A stretch of DNA of 64,000 nt from a virus: IMG/VR virus record IMGVR_UViG_3300023179_000082, positions 1 to 64,000 of that record; one strand, 5' to 3'. Position numbers and translations under genes: made by a program. The notes under the pieces are model-generated. The model saw only the letters and a list, made by a program, of their open reading frames with translations. It was not told the DNA's origin and ran no database searches. Positions 32,514 to 40,599 of this stretch are shown here, in pieces; the stretch's first letter is position 1; each line of letters opens with the position of its first letter.

Positions 32514-34976
32514 TTACCATATTCCTCCACCGAAACCTGCATTGGTGCTACCTTGTAATAATTTTCCTGTTGCATAATCACGTAAACTGAATTTATTACT
32601 TATCGTTCGACGTGTGACCATTGGATGGAAAGTTAGCTGTATTTGTATCTTGGTTGGTATACGTGTTGTTTCACCTGTAATTACTGTTCTAAATTCAGGA
32701 GGACGATTTAATGCACCTTTTTCTAATCTACTGCCAACTAAACGATTAAATTGTGTCAAAAATGGATTAGTTGATGTTGCAGGTGGGCTTAAATTAGGAT
32801 TATTACTTTGTCTTATTCCTCCACTAACTGATCCTGCCATAATATAATCAACATCATTAGGTAATGTATAATTAAAACTTGACAACACCATGGGATGATT
32901 ATCAAATTGATATTCTCCATATCCACTCAAATATAATAAAGGTGGTGGTGTACCTGCTTTAGGTGCTTGGTCTTGTCCATAAAACATTTTTGCAGCACTA
33001 CGGAAAAAATGTATTACTGCTCGTAAGTAAATTGCTTCAGCTACGTTTTGTGCAGTGAAATCACCTGTAATACCAATATCACTTACTGCGCTACCACGAT
33101 ATGAAAATATTTTATAGTTACTATGTGTAGGTTCAGTTGCGTCATAGTTTGCACTATAGGTTAATTGAACCGATGGTAGGTATGGAAATATAACACCATT
33201 GGTTGATTGTAATGGAAATAATATATCTTTATTACTTATTTTTGGGTCTTTGTATAGATAGGTTGCACTTGGTGCTAAACTAATTCGTACACGCCAATCA
33301 GCAGCTTTTTGAAATTTTACAGCAGGTGATTGATTACTGTTATTAGAATCACCAACAAATTGATCTTGATTAGGAGCAGCACGAACTCCGATGGTTGCGC
33401 CTGGACCGATCTCCTCCCCTCCTGCGCCATATTCATCTTCAGCAAATGCAGGATCAATACTTGGTGTATCAATTCCTTCCATAGCTGCAAGACCTGCATC
33501 ACTATTAGGGTCAATGGTTTCCTGACTACGTGGTATGGGAGCATCATCAAAGTCAACAAAGTTTTCACCACTTGTAGCAGGATCAATCGCAGGTGGTTCA
33601 TTATATATTTGTCCATTAGCTTCAAGAAATGCTGCTTCATCTTGTGTCTGTGGAGTAAGTGTAATTGCAGGATCATCCGCAACCACTTGTGGCGTAGGGT
33701 TGTTAACACCTGCGGGGGCTGATTCAGCAGTTTCAGCATTTGCAGTGGAAACATTGATAGCAGTTTGATAATTTTGTATTTCTGATGCTATAGAATTTTG
33801 CTCTAAAGCAAGCGTACTATTTTGATTATTTAAAGCAGCAAGTTGTTGCTCTGCTTCATTTCTTGCATCAGGTGAAGTATTTGGGTTGGAAATTTGTTCA
33901 CGTAATTGAACAATTTCTAAATCATTTTGTACTCGTTGTTGCGTAGTGCTTGCTAACCTTGCCTCAGCTTCAGATTTTTGTTGTTGTGCTTGTAATGCTT
34001 GCCCACGCCATTCTGCTGCAATATCTGAAGATGTAACTTGTGACGGTGTATTTGCTGCCGTATTTGGGTTAGTGTTAGGGTCACTTGCGGGGTCAATAGT
34101 TGTATTCGTTGAAGTTACAGGATTATTGTCTACCGTAACACTTAATCCTGATGGTGTAGTCAATGATGAAGTGCCATTATTGTTATTGACAACTTGTAAT
34201 CTTAGATTGCCATTAGTTTGGGTGGTAATTCCTGCTTCAGGTAATGCGCCTGTTATTATTGTTGGTGCAGCGTTTCCTGTATCTGTATTAACCGTTGTAA
34301 CACGTGTGGTTGTTGTACTTGGTGTATAAGCAACCGTTGTTTCACCTCTTGTTTGTGCAGCCTGTGCTTGACTTTCTAAAGCAATACCCTGATTTGCTAA
34401 TTCCGATGCTCGATCAAAACGTTGATCAGCAGATAATGATCTAATTTCAACTACTTGCGCTTGGCTAAGTTGTCCATTAGCCACAGCTTGTTGTAGTAAT
34501 CGTTGACCTTCAGTTGTATTGGGATCAACTAAATACAACTCTGATTGTGTTTTAAGTGCATCTGCTTTTGATTGTATTCCTTGACTTGTGGCGTTTGGCG
34601 TATCTTTTGCTCTACTAACAGTGTAAGTTCCACCACCTGAATCAGTTGCAACTTCTGTAACAGTGGTCGTAGTTTGTGCTTTAATGCTCGATGGTATAGG
34701 ATTAGCTTCCGTTCCTTTCGTACCACCTTCAACCCATTTTTCATAATTAAGTTGCTCAGTCTCTGCTTTAAAATAAGAAGTATAGTTATTAATATTAGCA
34801 GTGTAATCATTAATTTTTACATTGTTCTCATTAATCATACGCTGATATTCAGCAGCAGTATTTGTACTACCATTAGCTAAAGCTTTTGCCTTAAGCTTTT
34901 CTAAATTAGCATTACGATTTTCAAGAACCGTTCTATTAGCTTGCAAATCTGCCTGTGATGGTACTTTTGATGACAT
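32514..34976 (-). CDS. Tail-tube initiator / baseplate cap (gp48/gp54-like C-terminal domain) with long low-complexity N-terminus
   Basis: C-terminal ~260 aa (GVIFPYLPS...FTAQN...GTPPPLLYLSGYG...PMVLSSFNYTLP) has a tube-like fold pattern; first gene of the baseplate operon. Confidence 0.55.
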   Translation of the reverse strand: MSSKVPSQADLQANRTVLENRNANLEKLKAKALANGSTNTAAEYQRMINENNVKINDYTANINNYTSYFKAETEQLNYEKWVEGGTKGTEANPIPSSIKAQTTTTVTEVATDSGGGTYTVSRAKDTPNATSQGIQSKADALKTQSELYLVDPNTTEGQRLLQQAVANGQLSQAQVVEIRSLSADQRFDRASELANQGIALESQAQAAQTRGETTVAYTPSTTTTRVTTVNTDTGNAAPTIITGALPEAGITTQTNGNLRLQVVNNNNGTSSLTTPSGLSVTVDNNPVTSTNTTIDPASDPNTNPNTAANTPSQVTSSDIAAEWRGQALQAQQQKSEAEARLASTTQQRVQNDLEIVQLREQISNPNTSPDARNEAEQQLAALNNQNSTLALEQNSIASEIQNYQTAINVSTANAETAESAPAGVNNPTPQVVADDPAITLTPQTQDEAAFLEANGQIYNEPPAIDPATSGENFVDFDDAPIPRSQETIDPNSDAGLAAMEGIDTPSIDPAFAEDEYGAGGEEIGPGATIGVRAAPNQDQFVGDSNNSNQSPAVKFQKAADWRVRISLAPSATYLYKDPKISNKDILFPLQSTNGVIFPYLPSVQLTYSANYDATEPTHSNYKIFSYRGSAVSDIGITGDFTAQNVAEAIYLRAVIHFFRSAAKMFYGQDQAPKAGTPPPLLYLSGYGEYQFDNHPMVLSSFNYTLPNDVDYIMAGSVSGGIRQSNNPNLSPPATSTNPFLTQFNRLVGSRLEKGALNRPPEFRTVITGETTRIPTKIQIQLTFHPMVTRRTISNKFSLRDYATGKLLQGSTNAGFGGGIW

Positions 34977-34995
34977 AACTCTACCCTTATTCTTA

Positions 34996-35003
34996 TATTT
35001 ATT
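34996..35003 (-). promoter_or_regulatory. Late promoter-like box AATAAATA driving the baseplate operon
   Basis: About 20 nt upstream of the 34976 ATG. Confidence 0.55.
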
Positions 35004-35133
35004 ATTTTAAAAAGTCGTATTTTTATCTATAATAGTCGTAGTAAATAATTCTCTAACTCCTGTATAAATCCAAATTTCTTGATTTTTTGTTGTAACTGTG
35101 CAACAATACAGGTATTATAACATTTGGAACCCT

Positions 35134-36009
35134 ATGACAGTCATTAAATACCTTAATAATAAGGACATACTCAAAGAAATACATTTAAGCAAGAATACCT
35201 ACTGCAGTTTTACTGAACCACAAGACCATCAATATGATTATATTATTGATTATGAAGAAGGTGTTATACTTGAAGACAGTTTAAAAATTGCGCTTAAGCC
35301 TGAAGTCATACAAAAAGCAAAAGAAAATCGTGCCTATCGTTTAGGCATAGAAAGTGGTACAAAAATTGACCCTACTACAATTGAACACAGTGACCTAGTA
35401 TTCAGAGTGATGACATGGGATCATATTCCACTAGCACCAAAACAATCACGTAAAGTTGACAAGAAGAAATCAGCACGTGAATTATTTGATTTTGAATTTG
35501 ATGATGAACCACTTTTTGATGATTTAGACGATCCAAAATTAAACAAAGAAATGGGCATGAGTGATATGAGTCATGTTCGTGTTAATTTTCCACCCTTCCA
35601 ACATTTTAAATACGCAGTAGCAGGTAATCAAATGTACTGTGTTGGTAAATCACATTGGAAAGGAGATATTTACACAGGATATTTTGACAAAGATAAAGGT
35701 CAAATTACTAATAAACTAGCTAAAATGTATCTTATGCTATGCGAAAAGTATGCCATGAGGTTTAATTGGCGTGGATATACCTACAATGATGAAATGCGTG
35801 GAGCAGCTATTTTACAATTGACTTATGTTGGTTTACGCTTTAACGAAGCTAAATCAAGTAATCCATTTGCTTACTATACCGCAGCTATTACTAATTCATT
35901 CTGTCGAGTATTGAATACAGAAAAGAAAAATCAAGGCATACGTGATGATATCCTAGAAGCTAATGGGTTAAACCCAAGTTGGTCACGTCAGTTTGCTGAA
36001 GAATCCTAA
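35134..36009 (+). CDS. gp55: Late-transcription sigma factor, gp55-like
   Basis: YLNNKDILKEI at the N-terminus and NWRGYTYNDEM...FNEAKSSNPFAYYT...EKK at the C-terminus. Directly precedes gp47-gp46 as in T4-like phages. ATG at 35134 is preferred to the GTG at 35098. Confidence 0.85.
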   Translation: MTVIKYLNNKDILKEIHLSKNTYCSFTEPQDHQYDYIIDYEEGVILEDSLKIALKPEVIQKAKENRAYRLGIESGTKIDPTTIEHSDLVFRVMTWDHIPLAPKQSRKVDKKKSARELFDFEFDDEPLFDDLDDPKLNKEMGMSDMSHVRVNFPPFQHFKYAVAGNQMYCVGKSHWKGDIYTGYFDKDKGQITNKLAKMYLMLCEKYAMRFNWRGYTYNDEMRGAAILQLTYVGLRFNEAKSSNPFAYYTAAITNSFCRVLNTEKKNQGIRDDILEANGLNPSWSRQFAEES

Positions 36010-36013
36010 TTAG

Positions 36014-36042
36014 TTGACACTGTGGCAATCTTTATATAGATT
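36014..36042 (+). promoter_or_regulatory. Sigma70-type promoter TTGACA-N17-TAGATT
   Basis: Perfect -35, 17-bp spacer and TAnnnT -10. The predicted +1 (~36049) coincides with the gp47 ATG. Confidence 0.6.
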
Positions 36043-36048
36043 GTATTG

Positions 36049-37065
36049 ATGAGTAATTTATTTAAAAAAGCAGCAGTTTTTACAGACATACACTACGGTT
36101 TAAAGAACAATAGTATACAACATAATGAAGACTGCCTAAAATTTACGGATTGGTTTATCTCCAATGCTAAAAAACATGGGTGTGAAACATGTTTTTTTCT
36201 AGGAGACTACCATCACAATCGTGCTACTATCAATGTACTTACCCTTAACTATAGCTTAAAAGGGTTAGAAAAACTTAACGAAAGCTTTGAACGGGTGTAT
36301 TTTATACCTGGAAATCATGATTTGTATTACAGAGATAAACGTGATATACAAAGTGTAGAATGGGCACGTTACTTACCTAACGTAGAAATTTGCAATGATT
36401 GGGTGGTTCGTGATGATGTAGTTATTGCACCATGGTTATGCGGTGATGACTACAAACATATACCAAAATTACAAGGCAAATATTTGTTTGGTCATTTTGA
36501 ACTACCAACTTTTTATATGAATGCTATGGTAGAAATGCCCGATCATGGCGAAATCAATCGCAATGACTTGCATCATTTTGACCATGTTTTTACAGGACAT
36601 TTCCATAAACGCCAAACTAAAGGAAACGTAACATATATTGGAAACGCATTTCCGCATAATTATAGTGATGTAAATGATGATGAGCGTGGTATGATGATTT
36701 TAGAATGGGGAGCAAAACCAATTTTTGAAAGTTGGCCTAATCAACCTAAATTTCGTTCATATACTTTATCGGAAATTTTAGATAAGCCTGATGATTTACT
36801 CATACCTAATTCTAATGTACGTATTACTATAGACAAAGAAATAAGCTATGAAGAATCAAGTACCATTAAGGAAACAATCATGAATGAATATAAATTACGT
36901 GAAATGACTATGATTCCACAACGTGTTGATATTGAAACTGACACTACAGAACATGTAAACTTGCAATTTCAATCAGTTGATGCCATTGTATTATCTCAAA
37001 TAGAACAACTAGATGCAGGTGCTTATGATAAGCAACTGTTACTTAATATCTACAAAAACTTATGA
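36049..37065 (+). CDS. gp47: Recombination endonuclease subunit (Mre11/SbcD-like)
   Basis: Metallophosphoesterase motifs TDIH, LGD, GNHD, GH and GHFH. Confidence 0.92.
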   Translation: MSNLFKKAAVFTDIHYGLKNNSIQHNEDCLKFTDWFISNAKKHGCETCFFLGDYHHNRATINVLTLNYSLKGLEKLNESFERVYFIPGNHDLYYRDKRDIQSVEWARYLPNVEICNDWVVRDDVVIAPWLCGDDYKHIPKLQGKYLFGHFELPTFYMNAMVEMPDHGEINRNDLHHFDHVFTGHFHKRQTKGNVTYIGNAFPHNYSDVNDDERGMMILEWGAKPIFESWPNQPKFRSYTLSEILDKPDDLLIPNSNVRITIDKEISYEESSTIKETIMNEYKLREMTMIPQRVDIETDTTEHVNLQFQSVDAIVLSQIEQLDAGAYDKQLLLNIYKNL

Positions 37066-39227
37066 TTATTATTAAAGAACTAACAATTAAGAACTTCTTA
37101 TCTGTTGGCAATGTAACACAAAAAATACACTTCAATCGCAGTGACCTTACTCTTATACTAGGCGAAAACCGTGATTTAGGCGGGGATGGTGCACGTAATG
37201 GCACAGGAAAATCAACGATAGTACAAGCTTTATGCTATGCATTATATGGTACTGTGCTGAATAATATCAAAAAAGATAACCTAATTAACCTAACTAATGG
37301 TAAAGGTATGCTTGTTACCGTTGATTTTGAGGTGAATGGTAGTGAATATCGTATTGAACGTGGTCGTAAACCAAATACACTTAAGTTTTTTGTTGATAAT
37401 ACTGAACAAGAATTTAGTGAAGATGAAAATGAAAGTCAAGGTGATAGTCGTGAAACACAGCTTACTATTGAGTCTGTTATTGGTATTTCTGCTGAGATGT
37501 TTAAGCATATTGTTGCCTTAAACACTTATAATGAACCATTTCTTGCACTTAAAGCAGCAGACCAACGTGAAATTATTGAACAATTACTTGGTATTACATT
37601 GCTTTCTGAAAAAGCAGAAGGTATCAAAGAACTTAATCGTAACGTAAAAGAACAAATTCAAGCAGAAGAATTTAAAATACGTGGCTTGCAAGATGCTAAT
37701 ACTAAAATTCAAGAACAAATTGATAGCCTAAAACGTAGACAAACACTATGGTTGGCTAAGAAAGATGAAGATATTACCACATATACTAATCAATTAATAG
37801 AATTGTATAAGATTGATATCGATCAAGAAATAGCATCACATCGTTCTTTGGTTACTTATAATGATAACCAAACCAAATTAACCACTGCCAAAACGCACTT
37901 AGATAGTGAAATGGCTAAACTTAGTAAACGTTATAACGATGCAGTCATTGCCTACAAACGTGAAAAAGACACAATAGTCACACAAATGAACAGTTTGAAA
38001 AATATTGATATACATATCGAAATTTCAAACTTGAAAATTATTTCTGAAATTAGAGAAAAAACAATTACACGTGACAATACTAAGAAATTATTTGATGCTA
38101 GTAACGCTACTTGCACACGCTTAAGCAAAGATATTGCTATTATTAACGCAGAATTAGTTAAATTATACGATCACAAATGCTATGCATGTGGACAAGATTA
38201 TCATGATGAAACACATAAATTTACGCTAAAGAGCAAAGAAAATCAATTAGCTGAACTACAAGCTGATTTAGCTACAGCAGAAAATCAATCGCAAGAATAT
38301 AATACAATATTAAATGGTATTGGTACGATTCCATCCATTCCTGCTGTTCATTATAAAACGTTAGAAGATGCCATCAATCATAAGTCAACAATTGATTCAT
38401 TAGCTGATAAAACCATAAAATTACAGGAAAACTTTAACAAAACCCAAAGTTTGTATGAAAATGATGTGGATGCTTTGAACAAGCAATATGATGATACTGT
38501 GCGTGAAATCGGTGAACTTGGTACAAAACCTGTTACAGTGTATAAAACATTGGAACAAGCATTAAAACATCAAAGTACGGTAGAAAAGTTAGAGCAATCG
38601 TTAGAAAGACGTGTAGAAGAAGTTGACCCATACAGTGATCAAATCAATGATATGGAGAGTAATAGTATTACTGAAATATCTTATACTATGTTAAATCAGT
38701 TAACTACTACGTTAAAGCATCAAGAATACTTGCTTGATTTGCTCACTAATAAGAAATCCTTTGTTCGTAAGAAAATTATTGAACAAAATCTAAATTATTT
38801 GAATAGTCGTTTGACATTATATTTGGATAAGATGGGTTTACCGCATCGTGTTAAGTTTCAAAATGATTTATCGGTTGAAATTACTGAACTTGGGCGTGAG
38901 TTAAGTTATGGTAATTTTAGTCGTGGTGAAAGCACAAGGTTAATATTATCCCTATCATTTGCTTTTAGGGATGTATGGGAAAATCTATATCAAGGTATTA
39001 ATTTATTGTTTGTTGATGAAATGATAGACAATGGATTAGATAGTGTTGGTGTAGAAAATGCGATTGGATTGTTTAAAGAGCTAGGCAGACGCAGAGATAA
39101 GTCAGTGTGGTTAATTTCACATCGTGACGATTTAATGAGTCGTGTTGGTAACGTGTTACATGTCATCAAAGAGGGTGGATTTACACGGTATAGTCATATG
39201 AATGAAAAAATTGCAGTAGCAGTATAG
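37062..39227 (+). CDS. gp46: Recombination ATPase subunit (Rad50/SbcC-like)
   Basis: Walker A NGTGKS, coiled coil with CYAC zinc hook, signature FSRGE, Walker B LLFVDE, D-loop GLD and H-loop ISH. Confidence 0.93.
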   Translation: MIIIKELTIKNFLSVGNVTQKIHFNRSDLTLILGENRDLGGDGARNGTGKSTIVQALCYALYGTVLNNIKKDNLINLTNGKGMLVTVDFEVNGSEYRIERGRKPNTLKFFVDNTEQEFSEDENESQGDSRETQLTIESVIGISAEMFKHIVALNTYNEPFLALKAADQREIIEQLLGITLLSEKAEGIKELNRNVKEQIQAEEFKIRGLQDANTKIQEQIDSLKRRQTLWLAKKDEDITTYTNQLIELYKIDIDQEIASHRSLVTYNDNQTKLTTAKTHLDSEMAKLSKRYNDAVIAYKREKDTIVTQMNSLKNIDIHIEISNLKIISEIREKTITRDNTKKLFDASNATCTRLSKDIAIINAELVKLYDHKCYACGQDYHDETHKFTLKSKENQLAELQADLATAENQSQEYNTILNGIGTIPSIPAVHYKTLEDAINHKSTIDSLADKTIKLQENFNKTQSLYENDVDALNKQYDDTVREIGELGTKPVTVYKTLEQALKHQSTVEKLEQSLERRVEEVDPYSDQINDMESNSITEISYTMLNQLTTTLKHQEYLLDLLTNKKSFVRKKIIEQNLNYLNSRLTLYLDKMGLPHRVKFQNDLSVEITELGRELSYGNFSRGESTRLILSLSFAFRDVWENLYQGINLLFVDEMIDNGLDSVGVENAIGLFKELGRRRDKSVWLISHRDDLMSRVGNVLHVIKEGGFTRYSHMNEKIAVAV

Positions 39228-39243
39228 TGTAATAAGTATCGAT

Positions 39244-39753
39244 ATGCCATCAGCAAGTAAAATTAAGGGTAGTACATTTGAGCGAGAAATAGCCAAATAT
39301 CTATCAGATTTGTATAAAGAATCCTTTATACGTGTCCCCAATAGTGGCGCATTTATTGGTGGTATAAACACAAGTCGCAAAGAATTTTTGCATGAAGGTC
39401 AGGTAAGAAGCTTCAAAGGTGATATCATCCCAGGCGAATCTTTCAAACTCCTCAACATTGAATGTAAAAACTATGGTGATTTTTCCTTTCATCAATTACT
39501 AACTAGTTGCAAAGTATTAGATAATTGGTTAGACCAATTGATGGAAGTAAGTGATGAGCATGATTTAAATGTACTTTTTATGAAATTCAATCGTAAAGGT
39601 CGTTATATTGCTGTACAATGGCATCATCAGTGGGAATTAATCAATTACAGTGTTTACAAAAACAATACCCATGGTATATGGGTTATATCAGAATTAGAAC
39701 ATTTTTTTAAATTAAACTCAGGTCGTTTTAAACTTTTATCTCAACATACTTAG
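39244..39753 (+). CDS. Holliday junction resolvase-like PD-(D/E)xK nuclease (Hjc family)
   Basis: SKIKGSTFEREIA...R...SGA...GDII...IECK is the Hjc pattern; follows gp46. Confidence 0.75.
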   Translation: MPSASKIKGSTFEREIAKYLSDLYKESFIRVPNSGAFIGGINTSRKEFLHEGQVRSFKGDIIPGESFKLLNIECKNYGDFSFHQLLTSCKVLDNWLDQLMEVSDEHDLNVLFMKFNRKGRYIAVQWHHQWELINYSVYKNNTHGIWVISELEHFFKLNSGRFKLLSQHT

Positions 39754-39797
39754 GTCTCCTTAGGTCTAACATCTTACTTTTACTCCAATTTAGGTCT
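39750..39797 (+). repeat. Three direct copies of TTAGGTCT
   Basis: Copies start at 39750, 39760 and 39790 (10- and 30-bp spacing). Confidence 0.7.
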
Positions 39798-39811
39798 TTA
39801 TTATAGAACAA

Positions 39812-40372
39812 TAGGTTTGGTTGCATGACCTGTAACGCAACGTAGGTACACTAATTAAAGTTGGTTAATGCCTTGGCTGAGTTCTACAGCAGCTTCAATA
39901 GACTATCCCCAAGACCCATGTGGTTGTAAGGACGCTATAAACGGATGCCCATTGGTAGTCACGTTTCTATTGTCGTAATAGTTGAATCTACTGTAAAGTA
40001 GGTTAGGGTAAAAAGTATTTTTTATCAAGTGCTCGATCATAATAATAGTGGAAAAGGGTCGAGACTGTGTTAATAGCTAACTCACTGAGGTTATTAACGT
40101 TACAGTGTATGCGGTGTGTTTCTTGTACAAACAAGTTTTGGGGTGATATAGTCAAACCTACCTGAATAAAATGCACGAAGTGAGCACCTTCTACGAGAGT
40201 GGGCGGGGAAGAAGAACCAAATGTGTGGATTATTGCAACTGTAAAAAGTTACATTTATCCACCTTTTTGCAAAAAAGATAAACGGAAAAATAATAATAAA
40301 AAAAAATATGAGTGTACGTGGCTGAAGCGATAGCGTAAGCTTAGTACACGAATAGATGACCTTTGGTCATCT
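39812..40372 (+). ncRNA. Putative large structured non-coding RNA (family not recognised)
   Basis: ORF-free and more GC-rich than its flanks. More than 12 hand-checked stems, including long-range 39812-39826/40146-40160 and 39907-39915/40135-40143. Many G-U pairs valid only on the + strand; GUAA and GAGA tetraloops. Confidence 0.65.
40354..40372. terminator. Perfect hairpin AGATGACC-TTT-GGTCATCT at a convergent transcription boundary
   Basis: 8-bp perfect stem abutting the stop codon of the minus-strand gp51-like gene. Confidence 0.55.
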
Positions 40373-40599
40373 TAAAAGAATGGTAATCCACTTTTCTTAG
40401 TAACTTCTAGATTTTCATCAATTAACTTGTTAATAATATTAGTTTCAGTTGGTGAAAGATTCATAGCATCAACATATGATAATGAACCACGCATATACCA
40501 TGCTGCTTTTAAAGCATTGCGTTTAATAATAGTAACTTCTTCTTCGTATCCTTTTACTAGCTTCTCTATATCATCTTGTGATAGATAGAGAAGCCTCAT
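40372..40599 (-). CDS. gp51: Baseplate hub assembly chaperone, gp51-like (possibly made as a -1 frameshift extension of gp26)
   Basis: 75 aa with WYMRGSLSYVDAMNLSPTE, similar to small tail-chaperone/gp51 domains. ATGA overlap with the upstream gene; no SD. Confidence 0.55.
   Translation of the reverse strand: MRLLYLSQDDIEKLVKGYEEEVTIIKRNALKAAWYMRGSLSYVDAMNLSPTETNIINKLIDENLEVTKKSGLPFF

Noticed and set aside
51-34880. Numerous short + strand ORFs (e.g. 585-902, 26291-26914, 27662-28123)
   Set aside because: They are antisense shadows of long minus-strand structural genes, with no SD, promoter or recognisable motifs.
35013-35040. AGTCGTA direct repeat, 21 bp apart, in the divergent promoter region
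   Set aside because: Only two 7-bp copies, too weak to call an operator without conservation data.
40224-40263. Two inverted DnaA-box-like 9-mers (TGTGGATTA, TTATCCACC)
   Set aside because: Each has a mismatch and they are the two arms of one hairpin, so base pairing explains them more simply. Not fully excluded if the locus is an origin.
39750-40372. CRISPR or TIGR-like array, tRNA, tmRNA, RNase P or group I intron in the non-coding gap
   Set aside because: There is no regular repeat-spacer periodicity, no cloverleaf or T-loop/CCA end, no RNase P GAGGAAAGUC-type motif, and no interrupted gene on either side.
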